Assembly (NCBI RefSeq): GCF_001194135.2
Contig: NC_068988.1
Location: 29,551,168-29,615,167 of the forward strand
DNA length: 64,000 nt
Reading direction: 5' to 3'
Origin: Octopus bimaculoides
Taxonomy: Eukaryota
In this document: positions 12,976 through 25,647 of the stretch, in pieces
Layout of the letters: every line of letters starts with the position of its first letter
Numbering within the stretch: position 1 is the stretch's first letter
Program-made: the position numbers and the translations under genes
Notes under the pieces: model-generated
Databases searched by the model: none
Told to the model about the DNA's origin: nothing
What the model saw: only the letters and a program-made list of their open reading frames with translations

Positions 12976-15159
12976 CCAACCTATGCCAGCATGGACAACA
13001 GACGTTAATTGATGATGATGTTGATGTATATATTTGTAAATACACAAGCAAAAACAGAATAAAGAACAGATAATGTGAAACAAAGAGCAAGTGAAGGGAT
13101 AAGAGAGAACAACAGTTCATAAATAATTTATTGCTAATAAGAAATAAACAAGGTATGCTCTTGACAACAATCCAAACTGGTTTCAGTTTACTGCGCTGAG
13201 TTTCATCCATTGAATAAGATTAATTGTTTGTTATGATGTAGCAGGGAAAATAATTGATTATTCCATCTGCAATATTTAAATTAGCATCTTGTAAGGTTAG
13301 AACTCATTTGTATGATTTTTTTTAATATCTCAGACATTGGACTGTGTATTTAATTATGTTTAAAGATAAACCTTTATAAATTCTGCTTTTCAATTACTAT
13401 TCTGAGCTTAATTCATAATACTTTACATTGAGTATATGAAAAAACATTTTTGTTTTTTATTTAATAGATAATATCAGTTTCATTTAATAAGGCCCAAAGC
13501 CAAAATTGGACTTAGGTCTTATTAAATTAACTATTGAATTAACTGCAATGTATTATTGGTGTTCATTTTATTGACTTGTTTCCTGCGTAAGATGAAAGCA
13601 ATGTCAAATTAGGTAAGAATATACAACATAATGAAATAATATTTAACATTCAGTCTAACTACAATTTAATAATATTAAAATATTTAAAAATCTAAATGTC
13701 ATTATAACAATTATTGTTTTCATTTTCATTTTCTCTGTAAATTGGATTTATAATTTAGACTAATCCACTTTAAGTTATAATTAATCCTTCTTTTACAAGT
13801 AGCTTTCTGAAAATTACAATCCACATTCAATATAATTTTCAACCAATCAAGTTTCATGATGTATTCCGGTTTCATTATTTTATTCTATTTATTTATCTCT
13901 TTTTCTTGTGGGTAGCAACTGGAATGAGTTGTGACCATATTGTGATGAACAGTGTGATACTTCTCTTATATTGCTATTATAAAAAGTTATTGTTAATAAA
14001 TTGCTGAAATACAGTTTTATTTTATATAAGGACACTATAAATTATTCAACTTGTCTTCTGCTTCTCCATTATCCTCCTCCCCTCTTCCTTCTCTTTGCAA
14101 AAGATTAGCATCTGTTTTGTCCCATTTGTGTCTGGTGAATTAGCACATTAGTACATTTCTATGTATACCTACCCTTTGAGAAGTCCTCATTTTCTAAGGT
14201 GTGAATGAACCACTTTTCCTCAAGTTTTCTTTAGTATACCTTAGAATACTAAATGCCATCTTTCATTATTTCATTGTCTATTTTCATCTAATGAATATTT
14301 TTAGTTTGCATTAAATGTCTGTATTTTGATTTCTTGGTTCACATACATGGCCTATTTCTCTAGTCATTAATTGGTCACACTTCACTCGTTCTTCTACAGT
14401 CACTGCATATTTTCTATATTCATTATCATGCTTCACTGTGATACATTTTCAGAAGCTTGATGCCCTTGAATAAGAAAATAAAAGCAGTTTTTATTCTATT
14501 TATTAGTCACGAGATTTAAAAATAAATAAACAAGCATTAGGATCAGTGTTTTAGCTTTCAGCAGTTTATATCATGTGACATCTTTTTTTCACTGGCCTCT
14601 AAATAAAAAGAAAATTTAAAACAATAATTTATTTTATCTAATACTCTGCTAATTTATCTACTGAGGACTTTTCTTCAGCATAGTTATTTTATATCTGTCT
14701 GCTTTGTTATATTTCTTTCATTAACTTTCTTTACTCAGTCACAATGATATTTACACACATGGGTATATATGTAAATATGTGTGTTTGTCTCTGTGTGCTT
14801 TTGCACTGCTGGGGCACTGGTGACATTTATGTTCTACTTGTACAATCTATCCAGCAACTCAGTGGTTTATGCAAAGGAAGATTAGTAGATTAAAATATTT
14901 TACTTAAATATAAGTAAGGGTTGGTATCAAGAAAGACTTGCAGTTATAGATCATTGCCTCCAAAAGTTTTGTCTAAGCATTGGAAAAGCAGACAATGATA
15001 CAATGATGATAATGGTGAGAATGTGAACTTCACCCACATGCATTTTTTTTACCTGGCTCTCTTCTTTCTTTTTATCTCCTTTCCTCTCTTCTCTTCCCAG
15101 TCTTTCCTCTGGTATCCTATGAAAGACTAGGATGGAGGCATTAACTTTTACTTTTGCCA

Positions 15160-15372
15160 CACAAAAAGCTCCCATGCTGATGCCACATAAAAAGCACAAG
15201 TACATTCTGTAAAATGGTTGGCATCAGGAAGAGCATCAAGCCATAGAAACCAAGCTAAAACCAACAACTGGAGCCTGGTGTTGCTCTCCAGTTTGCCAGC
15301 TCCTGTCAAACTGTCCAACCCAAGCCAGCAAGGAAAACAGGCGTCAAACAATAATGATGATAATGATGATAT
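15160..15372 (+). mobile_element. Family A element
   Basis: aaaagcac..tggttggcatcaggaagagcatc..ctgtccaaccc + GAT tail. Confidence 0.8.
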
Positions 15373-15384
15373 ATACACATATAT

Positions 15385-15740
15385 ATCATCATCGTTTAAT
15401 GTTCATTTCCATGTTGACAGAACTGGCAAGCCAGAGAGCTACACCAGCTCCAGTTGTCTGTTTTGGCATGGTTTCTATGGCTGGATGCCCTTCCTTATGT
15501 CAACCATTTTACTGAGTGTACAGGGTGTGTTTTAGGTGGTACTGGCACTGGCAAGGTCACCAAATAACTTGCAAGACAAAAACCCTGTAACTAAGAGAAG
15601 CAATGGTATTGAGAAAGGTGCCTTTGTACCAAGAGATGAGGGGTTAAACTATAATGGAGGGGCAGAAAAGAAAAAAACTAAAACCTTTTGAAGGCAGATC
15701 ACAAGCACTAGTTGCAGTCCAATGACTACAACCTGTGAAA
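15385..15740 (-). mobile_element. Family A element with purine-rich extension, tail-to-tail with the previous copy
   Basis: atcatcatcgtttaatg..ggctggatgcccttcc..ctggcactggcaaggtcacc. Confidence 0.75.
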
Positions 15741-16132
15741 GAAAACCTTATGTCTCATTTTCATTCCATTTAAAATTGTTTCCAGTATATTTGACCAATA
15801 CATAATACTGATAAAATATAGTAATCTGATTATAATAATTATTTATTAGGTAGTGCATTTGCTTGAAGTATCTCTAACTAATTGCCAAAGAAACCATGAC
15901 ACAAGTCTAAGTATGTAACTATATGATTATAAACCTATTTTTGAAATAATACATAATTAAATACCCTTGTTATTCTTGTTATTGTTTAGTCCCATCTTAG
16001 CTTTGATCAAGCAAACTTATAATAGTCAAAGGTGTTACTGTTAAGACCATCCATTCTTTTTTGTTGTGGGATACTATATTTAGAACTTCAATATCCAGTC
16101 TTTCCATCCTATTTTTTATAACCCTAGCCATT

Positions 16133-16385
16133 ACTGTCTTGAGTCACAGGACTTACAGGGCCAGGTAACCAATTTCCATGGTGTATAAGTGATTGATATT
16201 ACATCATTCTTCTGGAATCGGACACCAATCCATTACAGGATTATTCGTTTACAATTGAATGGATTGAAGCAAAGTGAAATTAAGTTTTTTACTCAAGAAC
16301 ACAACACACTTCCCTGTCCAGTAATTGAAACCATGATCTTGTGATCATGAGTGCAACACCCCAAGTACTAGGCCACGTACCTTCA
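16133..16385 (-). mobile_element. Family D tRNA/CORE-type SINE
   Basis: Reverse complement has an A-box-like gtggcctagt..ggg, a B-box ggtttcaatt and CORE-like gtgttgtgttcttgag. Confidence 0.75.
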
Positions 16386-16551
16386 CATTTTTTAAAACAG
16401 TGGGATATAAAGCGGGATTTGGGTAAGCTGAATCAAGACAGTACAAGTTTTACATTTTGTGCAGATTATTATTTTTTTATGATTCTTTCATAGTTTGATA
16501 TAACTACACTTGTTTTGAATAGCAATATACAAAATTTGAATTTCTCCTCTT

Positions 16552-16656
<105 letters not shown>

Positions 16657-17409
16657 GGAGAAACAAGGAAGTGAATGGACAAAACAAAGGTTAGTGAAGA
16701 CTCATTTGTTTTGCCAGAGATAACCTCTTATGTTGGTGATATGAAAAATGCACTGTTCCATGCTGTAAAGTGGCTGGTGTAAAGAAATGCAACCAGTTGC
16801 AAAAACCATTTCAAAGTTTCAAAACTCCCACCAAAGAAAAAAAAATACAAAACATGTCAGGTACAATTAGAGATGGATCTATTTTGCTCTGTTTTTGTGT
16901 GTGCCAGAAAAAGAAAAAAGGAGCATGGACAAATGACTTGACACTATGGTACCCCTCTAACCTATCCCATCATGGAAAAAGAGATGTAAAATTTGATGAA
17001 GCTCTCCTTGATAACTCAGAGAACCATACGTTGCTTATAGTGCACAAACACTAGAAAGGTTGTCATATCCTCAATTAGACCAAAGACTTACAAACAGCTT
17101 CCTTGTGCAAGTGTTGTCAATCAGAAGTCCTACATACCAGATACCAATAGATTTTAGAGATCATAAAGAAAGAATGTGCAGTTTCAAGGCCTTCCTCTTG
17201 TACATGTTCCTATTTCTCTTACCAAATACTTTACAGAGTGTATTGGGTACAATATTGAAGAGGTTGTCATATTCTCAATAAGACCAAAGAGTCCTTTTTA
17301 TTGTATGTAGTTTCTGTCTTTTCATGACTAATGTGACTGAGAGCATGAATAGAAGAATGATGACCAAGGGGATGGAAGAGGAGAGAGTATGAGTATGAAC
17401 TTGACTGAT

Positions 17410-18345
17410 ATTGGCAGAGAGAATAGTTTCCTGAAATTTTTCAATGCTGTATTTTTACACTACTAATTGGATTACCTAGTTAACAAAATTGATCACCAAC
17501 TTCTAGTGATCCTACTAAAGAAATTAATTTCCTGTGTATTCTTACTGCTATTTTGGGGCCACTGCCAAATTTGACCTCCTGTGTTAGCCTGTCTGTGATC
17601 CCACAATGCCATTTATGTCTCCATAGTTTATACTGGGTAGACTATATGAAATTTCTATCTACTGATGGTCGTTGTGTCCTTCTTTGCTAAATTGTCTTTG
17701 AGGTTTCTTGGTTCTATGGTTTGCTACCCTATCTAAAATTTCTTTTGTAAATCTTCTACTCATTTATCATCAGCATATAGAAATTTCCATTGACATTCAA
17801 TTTTAAACTTTTCTGTTTTACATGGAGCACTATAATAATCAAATGGGCGTGAGAACTGAGCCCCAAAACAGACTAAATTACTCACTAAACTCATTACTCA
17901 CTGCACCTCTTGTACAGGGCTCATATGCCTCGACACAAGTCACTTGTCGAGGCTTAGTTTCTTTTGTGACTATCAGGTTACTAAGTGTGAAACTCTATCA
18001 AAGGCCTCTTGCAGGATGACAAATGCTAGATATAGGGGGTTATTACTAGCTATGTACTTCTCCCAAAGTTGTCTCATTAGGAAGAAGGCATCAATAGTAC
18101 ATCTTGTTGGTACAAAGCTGATTGCATCTCAACTTGGCTATTTCTGTTCCTAATTAATTAGGGCTACAACCTTTTCTGTAACTTTCATAACCTGTTTCAA
18201 CAATTTACCTGTAGTTTTCTCTGTTGCCGGTGCATCACCTTTGCTCTTGTGGCAGCTGATGAGTTGATGATAAGGCTGCTCTGCCCTCTACCTGTTTTCT
18301 CAGTGATACCTTCTTGTTGTACAACTTGATTTACTATATGAATGA
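17410..18345 (-). mobile_element. RTE-clade non-LTR retrotransposon, decayed reverse transcriptase fragment
   Basis: Minus-strand conceptual translation with stops and frameshifts gives KSKGDA..KLLKQVMKVTEKV, SFVPTRCTIDAFFLMRQLWEKYIASNNPLYLAFVILQEAFDRV, GSVLTP, WKFLYADD and GSLEVGDQFC*LG. These are collinear RT motifs of the RTE clade. Confidence 0.9.
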
Positions 18346-19004
18346 GTAGCATGTATCCTACATTGCAAGACACATATAGAAATAAATAAACAAATATATA
18401 TTCACACACATGTACACACATACACACACATACATGCACATGCACACACACACACACATATATACACATACATATATGTTCATGTCATTTTATATATGTA
18501 TAAAGAATAATAAATTTCTACTCTACAAAAACATAGATTAATGTAAAATAGTGTTTTTTTTTATAACTGAACATAAAAACAAACATTAATACACTCACAC
18601 ACACACACACACACATGTTCATGTCATTTTATGTTTGCATGGGTAATACAAGTATATTTTTAAAGCAATGTTTTTATAGCCAGATGCTTTTCTTGTTAAC
18701 CAATATCTTTTTTTGTTTTGGCTATTTTGTTTGTTTGTTTGTTTTTAGTAAGGGATCTCATATTCTACACATCTTTGAAGCAGCAAAACCAGTGGATGAT
18801 TTGTAGATAAGGAAAATGCAACATCACTGTTTGTAACTCACCAGTTTTCAAAAAAACAAATGCTAACACACAGACACATACAAATATATATACATTTGCA
18901 TTCATACACATATGTTTGTGTGCGTGTGTGCACTGACATATATATTATATGTTTGTATGTGTGTAAGTATGTGACAAGCTTCTTTTAGTTTGTGTGTACA
19001 AAAT

Positions 19005-19128
19005 CTACTCACATGACTTTGGTTGGCCCAGAGTTAGAGTAGAAGACATTTGACCAAGTTGCTGTGCAGTGGAACTAAACCTGAAACTACATGGTTGGGT
19101 AGTGAACTTCTTAACCACACACAAAATA
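19005..19128 (-). mobile_element. Family B SINE head
   Basis: Reverse complement of the B head: gtagaagacatttgaccaag..catggttggg..cttaaccacac. Confidence 0.7.
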
Positions 19129-19134
19129 CCATGT

Positions 19135-19139
19135 ATATG

Positions 19140-19222
<83 letters not shown>
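19135..19222. repeat. (TA)n microsatellite
   Basis: Directly visible. Confidence 0.97.
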
Positions 19223-19227
<5 letters not shown>

Positions 19228-19679
19228 CACATATACAAATATATCCACATGTATTCATATCTATCTGTTTATGTCTGTATCTACATACATATAACATAAT
19301 GTTTTGTGTGTGTGTGTGTGTGTTATGTATGCAGATTAAAACAATTAAATTTTAATTCTCATAGCAATGAAAAACTCACTTTTTGACTAGTATTAAAATT
19401 AACCCAGTTCTGTATCAATTTAAAATAGTTAAAATGCTGCACTTTATGGAATGTTACATTTTAATTTTCTTTGTTTAATTGTTTCATATTATTTCACGTA
19501 TTTTAAACTATGTAAGATAAATATCTACAAAATTAAAATTTGGTGTGTTCATATATCAATTAATAATTTTTGTCTGTTCCAACTATATGACATCCTGATT
19601 AATATAAATAAATATTTATTACCAACAATATTAATATCGATTTGTTACATTGCTATGAAGCCCAAATTTTTTTTAAGGG

Positions 19680-20030
19680 TGATACATCCTGTCAATTGTA
19701 TGATTCAGGAGTGCCCTCTTTGGCCATGTTGCTTGATTTTCCAAGTTAAATGCTGCTTACCATGTTGTATTCACTAAGGATTCAGCTGGGTCGACAACTT
19801 GTGTTGGTCGACCATATGCCACATGGTCACAGCAGCTGATGAGGTATCTCACAGAGATAGGGACTGAATGAGACTCTGCTCAATGGGTTGCCTGGGAGGA
19901 CCCAGGAATATACTGACAAACAGTGAATGCAGTAATGCGCTGCAGTGGCACATGCTCCAACACCTGACCTGTTACATATTACTATGAGGTTCATGCCTTT
20001 CTTAAAGGCATAGATCTACTCATGTGTAAT
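19680..20030 (-). mobile_element. Possible Gypsy RNaseH-integrase junction relic
   Basis: Minus translation IYAFKK..QVR.LEHV..FTVCQYIPGSS and LISCCD...GRPTQVV resembles TYAF..RQLRHL.FI..F..I.HI.G and LLCD.STGRPRPVV. GC-richer island. Confidence 0.3.
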
Positions 20031-20559
20031 TTTTCATCAAATGATATGTAATTAAAAGTATAAAATAAATGTTCATTAAAAACCTAGCTTTACACCTTGT
20101 GCTCATCTTTTATATTTTTCTATAACTTTAACTAAAGCTAACCAAAATACTAGCAGTAATTATTATCATTATATTCATCTTAGCTCATATCTGAATCATT
20201 TCTTCTTTCAATACTCCCAGAATAATTTTTATTGTTACTTCCATCCCCAGCAGCACTACCAACAGCATTTCTTTTATGTAACCAGCATAATTTTTTTGAA
20301 ACTATTTCTTTAAGAATATTATTCCTTCTATTGCTTCTACCACTACAATCATACTTGCTCTTGAGCTTACTGAGCATTCCTTACTGTTGCTGATATTTAT
20401 TGTCACCACTACCAGTATAGTTGTCATAACTGTTTACAAAGATAAACACAATCAAGGAAGGCACTGATGATGTAGCTATATACATATAGTCTGCTTCTCC
20501 CTTTTAAATCAATCCAGTTTGTTAATAGGAGCCCATCACTTGGATGCACGAAAGACTTT

Positions 20560-20904
20560 AGACAAAGCCCCATATGCACACGTGCCGGAGTTGTTGTCAC
20601 TGCTACCATTACGGTTACAGCAACTAGGACTACTGCTTCAGCGGCTACTATTGTTCGCTTTCCCAACCAACCTGGTAGTATAGAATTAATATGATTTTGC
20701 TTTGAATTTTCTTCCTTTTCCCATTAAAATTCAAATGAACAACAACAAAAACAAAAACCCACTATCTTTGTGTTCCCTTATTGTTACTTGTAAGCCTAGT
20801 ATTTACTATTGCTACTCATATTTCTCCTGTTAAATACACTCTGCTTATTATGTTGTCACATGATTGATTCGCTTTCGGATTATGAACTATCAGCTCAGGT
20901 AAGA
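20560..20904 (+). promoter_or_regulatory. CpG-retaining non-repeat segment ending in a strong splice donor (possible first exon/promoter)
   Basis: About 8 CpGs in about 340 bp against a CpG-poor background; CTCAG|gtaaga with GT at 20899-20900. Confidence 0.2.
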
Positions 20905-21399
20905 GGAAATCATATCCCTCATCATTCATAGATTTAATTACTGAGTTAAAAATAAAATGGGTCTTTAATTAGATTCCTTTGTTATTTAAAATATCCAAGA
21001 TTTATTTATGAATAATATGGTTTTCGCAGACATTCATAATTAAATTTTGTTCAGAATTCAATTCAAGGTTAGATATATTGCAAGATAGACATGTTATAAT
21101 AATCTCTGGCCTGTGTAAAATATAAATTGAACTGATGATACAGTTTCAGTTCTCGTTTTGAAATATTTTTAATTACTTAAGAGTCTTAATATCTGTAGGA
21201 GAGGCATTAATGTCATAAATTCTCATTTTTTAAATTTCCTATAAAAAAGAGTTTTGTTAGAATAATCGATGTTATATTTATTGCCTTTTTTTTCATTTTT
21301 GGTTGCCATAAGTAGTTAAAATCTTAGAATTTTGTATCTAGGTATCCGTTTGTCAGGTAGTCTGTTTGTCTGACTATCTATTTGTCTATTTCCATTTAT

Positions 21400-21554
21400 G
21401 TATCTCTTTATACATACATGCACGCATACATATGTGTATAAGTACATATATATAGGCATTGATGTATATATGTGTATATGTTTATATAGGTACATACACA
21501 CAATTATATGTATATATGTAGATATAAAGATGATGATGATATATATATACACAG

Positions 21555-21608
<54 letters not shown>

Positions 21609-22160
21609 CTGTATCTATATCTATCTATCTAATATATATAGATAAATAGATAGATAGATAGATATATAGATATGGATACAGATATATATATATATATATA
21701 TATATATACCTAATTTTGCAAAGAAAATGAAGGTTAACAGTGATGTCAAAATTTCACCAACAAAATTAAATGAAATACTCTGATTGAATGCTTTAAATGA
21801 CCATTCCATTTGTCTTCATATATAACTATACATAAATACAAACATATATATACATGTGTATGTGTGTATATGTATTTATATATATGTATGTATGTATACA
21901 GACACGTATCCATGCATATAGATATATACATATACAAATATATATATGTGTTAATGATTGTATGTGTGTGTACAATATCTATGTTTATATATATTATATA
22001 CATTATATATATGTATGCATGTATATATGAGATATATATATATTCATATTATATATATGTATGAGATATACATATGATATATATTCATATTATATGTACA
22101 TACATTTATATATACACACACATGTATATTTACACACACCTACATATACATGTATAAGTG
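21400..22160. repeat. Complex TG/TA/GATA low-complexity field
   Basis: Directly visible. Confidence 0.9.
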
Positions 22161-22689
22161 TGTAAAAGTACGTCTATATAAATTTTTTTGTAAATTATTG
22201 TAAGGATGAAATGTCACAATCAGTAGAAGTCTCAGACTATAATGTCCATATAACTCTATATTAATATTCATATACTATAAATGTTATATTTATTTTCCTA
22301 AATAGCATGTATATTTGTATAGCTTTTATATACATTTACTGAAATTTATGTAGGTAGCATAAAATCCATGACTTCCTTATATGTCAAATATGTCAAATGA
22401 TATCAAATAATGTCAGGCTAAATTGTTATTTTAAAAGGCTAATATCTAGGAAATCTTATTTGAAAGTGAAGTTATTTGCCGTAAACTACTTAGTGCTACT
22501 GTAACAGTTTAGAATAATGGAATTACACACTAATTAAGATCGGTAAGTACAATGAAGAAAGTATAAACAGAAAGCTTTTTTCACAAAAGAGCTTCTCTAT
22601 TATACACAGTAACAAAACAAGTGTCTCAGTATCACTAAAACAACTTTATACCTAAGGGAAAAAAACCGCTTAAAATAATAGACATTACT

Positions 22690-22868
22690 AACAAAACAAC
22701 AACAACAACAACAACAACAACAATAACAATAATAATAGCAATAATAATAATAGCAATAATAATAATAATGATGATTATAGTGACGGTGATTATGGTGATG
22801 ATGAGCTTATTGTATACAATTAACTCATTATTATTATTAAATAAAAAGCATTTAAAAAATATAGAAAC

Positions 22869-22917
<49 letters not shown>
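22690..22917. repeat. (AAC)n/(AAT)n ... (TTA)n trinucleotide field
   Basis: Directly visible. Confidence 0.92.
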
Positions 22918-23135
22918 GAGACAGCAAGCTGGCGGAATCGTAAGCACACTGGGAAAAATGCTTAGCGGCATTTCATTCGTCTTTACGTTCTGAGTTCAAA
23001 TTCCACCAAGGTTAACTTTACCTTTCATCCTTTCAGGGTCGATAAATTAAGTACCAGTGAAGCACTGGGGTCTATGTGATTGACTTACCTCCTCCCCAAA
23101 ATTTCAGGTTTTGTGCCTTTAATAGAAAAGGGTTA
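22918..23135 (+). mobile_element. Family C tRNA-derived SINE, (TTA)n-associated
   Basis: gagacagcaagctggcggaatcgtaagc..gagttcaaattcc..cctttcatcctttcagggtcgataaattaagtaccag. Confidence 0.85.
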
Positions 23136-23199
23136 TTATTATTATTAAATAAAAAACATTTTAAAAATATTGTAACTATTATTTATTATTATTATTATT

Positions 23200-23420
23200 A
23201 AGGTTGTGAGCTGGCAGAATTCTTAGCATACTGGGCAAAATGCTTAACAACATATTGTCTGTCTTTATGTTCTGAGTTCAAATTTGCCAAGGTCGACTTT
23301 GCCTTTCATCCTTTTGAGGTTCATAATATAAATACTAGTTGAGTACTGGAATTGATGTAACTGTCTAACTCTCTTCTCTGAAATTACTGACTTTGTACCG
23401 GATTTTAAAACTATTATTAT
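23200..23420 (+). mobile_element. Family C SINE (tandem with previous copy)
   Basis: Same head and gcctttcatccttttgagg core. Confidence 0.8.
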
Positions 23421-23929
23421 TTCCATAATTTTAAAACCTCTTCTTAGCATTATTGTTATTTTATAACTTCAAGTTGTGATTGTTAATCTATTTTGTTAAA
23501 GAAATACATTTTTTTATACTAATTATTTTCTTCAAATTGAAAAAAATAAAGATTTTATTAAAATTGATAATTGTAGCAGATGAAACTAATTTTTAATATT
23601 AATTCAATCATTTGAAAGTGAGAGATGTTTGTTTTGATTTCTCATTGCATATGTATGTGTGTATGTGGNNNNNNNNNNNNNNNNNNNNNNNNNNNNNNNN
23701 NNNNNNNNNNNNNNNNNNNNNNNNNNNNNNNNNNNNNNNNNNNNNNNNNNNNNNNNNNNNNNNNNNNNGTGTGTGTGTATGAGTGTATATATGTATGCAT
23801 GTATATATGTGTGCATATTACATGTACATATATATATATATATATATACATCTACACATACATGTATATATATACTGCTATACATATACATGTATACATA
23901 TGCATCTGTATATATACATCTTCTGCCAA

Positions 23930-24258
23930 ATGCTGTGCGTGAGAAGACCCAGCAAGCCAAGTGAGACCTAAATCTAAGGCCTCAGCCAGTCCACTTAGGC
24001 GTACCTTCCTTCATTGGACACTAAACTCCACTTGCGAAGACCTGTTGAGGCAAGTGAATTGACTGGCCTTCGTGCGGGTGACACGTAAAAGCACCCACTA
24101 CACTCTCTGAGTGGTTGGCATTAGGAAGGGCATCCAGCTGTAGAAACTCTGCCAAATCAGATTGGAGCCTGGTGTTGCCATCCGGTTTCACCAGTCCTCA
24201 GTCAAATCGTCCAACCCATGCTAGCATGGAAAGCGGACATTAAAAGATGATGATGATA
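23930..24258 (+). mobile_element. 5'-truncated RTE copy: last codons AVREKTQQAK* + 3'UTR + (GAT)n tail (family A, young)
   Basis: ORF-terminal codons match those at about 41830 and 45110. The 3' part is nearly identical to copies at 25476 and 44825. Confidence 0.85.
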
Positions 24259-24776
24259 CATCTATATATATACATTTGTGCAGATGTATACATATATATA
24301 TATGTACATTATATATATGTATGTATATATATGTATGCCTGTATATACGTGAGATAATAGTTTCAGTATTAAAGTGAAAATATCTGACATGACAATAGAG
24401 AGATGTTATTGTTTCACTTTTGACACGTAATACTGCAATAGTGGAGAAGATATGATATTGCTCTGGGCTCGCACTAGGCAAGAAGTTAAAAAATGTTTTG
24501 GGTCCATGACACTACATGCACCCTACATAAGGCATGTGTAAAATTTGAATGAAATTGGTTATGTAGTTCTCAAGTTTTAGGGATTGACATAGACAGACAG
24601 ACAGTTACACATTCTCATTATATATATAGATATACATATATATGCATATATATATATATGTATATTTATATACATATAAGTTAGTCCTAGAGCGCACAAT
24701 GTTACCGAAGGTTGGCAATGGTCTTCCTCAGTCACAAGTGGATGGCCATCATAAATATATATATATATATATAATA

Positions 24777-25155
24777 GGCGTAGGAGTGGCTGTGTGGTAA
24801 GTAGCTTGCTTACCAACCACATGGTTCTGGGTTCAGTCCCACAGCGTGGCACTTTGGGCAAGTGTCCTCTACTATAGCCTCGGATCGACCAAAGCCTTGT
24901 GAGTGAATTTGGTAGACGGAAACTGAAAGAAGCCCGTCGTATATATGTATATATATGTATGTGTGTATATGTTTGTGTGCCTGTGTTTGTTCCCCCAACT
25001 TCGCTTGACAACCGAGGCTGGTGTAACTTAGCGGTTTGGCAAAAAGATAGAATAAGTACTAGGCTTACAAAGAATAAGTCCTGGGGTCGATTTGCTCGAC
25101 TAAAAGGCGGTGCCCCAACATGGCTGCAGTCAAATGACTGAAACAAGTAAAAGAG
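24777..25155 (+). mobile_element. Family B tRNA-derived SINE with CORE-like segment (apparently full length)
   Basis: A-box-like TGGCTGTGTGG, B-box-like GGTTCAGTCC, ttgggcaagtgt (CORE-like), internal TA/TG repeat and tail gcagtcaaatgactgaaacaagtaaaaga. Confidence 0.85.
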
Positions 25156-25165
25156 TGTATATATA

Positions 25166-25360
25166 TCATCATCATCATCATCATCGTTTAACGTCCGCTT
25201 TCCATGCTGGCATGGGTTGGATGGTTTGACTGAGGACTGACAAGCCAAGAGGCTGTACCAGACTCCAATCTGATTTAGCAAAGTTTCTACAGCTGGATGC
25301 CCTTCCTAATGCCAACCACTGTGAGAGTATAGTGGGTGCTTTTTACATGCCACCAGCACC
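25166..25360 (-). mobile_element. Family A element
   Basis: (CAT)n cgtttaacgtccgctttccatgc..ctacagctggatgcccttcctaatgccaacc. Confidence 0.9.
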
Positions 25361-25475
25361 CCCCCCCCCNNNNNNNNNNNNNNNNNNNNNNNNNNNNNNN
25401 NNNNNNNNNNNNNNNNNNNNNNNNNNNNNNNNNNNNNNNNNNNNNNCCCCCCCCCCACATATACATACATATATG

Positions 25476-25630
25476 GTTGGCGTTAGGAAGGGCATCCAGC
25501 TGTAGAAACTCTGCCAAATTAGATTGGAGCCTGGTGTTGCCATCCGGTTTCACCAGTCCTCAGTCAAATCGTCCAACCCATGCTAGCATGGAAAGCGGAC
25601 GTTAAACGATGATGATGATGATGATGATAT
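25476..25630 (+). mobile_element. Family A element (young)
   Basis: Nearly identical to the 24080-24250 and 44860-45015 copies; (GAT)n tail. Confidence 0.9.
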
Positions 25631-25647
25631 AGTCCTAGTGACACAAA

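Noticed and set aside
17927-17953. 9-bp perfect stem gcctcgaca/tgtcgaggc
   Set aside because: Lies within the RTE RT coding relic and has no independent evidence of function.
19835-19870. ctgatgag + tatctc/gagata stem as a hammerhead ribozyme
   Set aside because: No GAAA after stem II and no closing pairs.
20180-20666. Minus-strand ORFs of 65 and 80 aa
   Set aside because: Derived from degenerate CTA/CTG/ACT trinucleotide-like sequence; no motifs or splice support.
18197-22064. ORFs rich in YI/CV/HT/LSIY dipeptides (also elsewhere)
   Set aside because: Translations of TA, TG, CA and ATCT microsatellites.
23985-24070. Nested stems (gccagtc/gactggc, cacttgc/gcaagtg) as an HDV-like or hammerhead ribozyme
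   Set aside because: I could not place P1/P1.1/P3 or a CUGAnGA core on either strand.
24777-24850. tRNA-like A/B boxes in families B, C and D
   Set aside because: No cloverleaf or acceptor stem; they continue into SINE bodies, so they are not tRNA genes.
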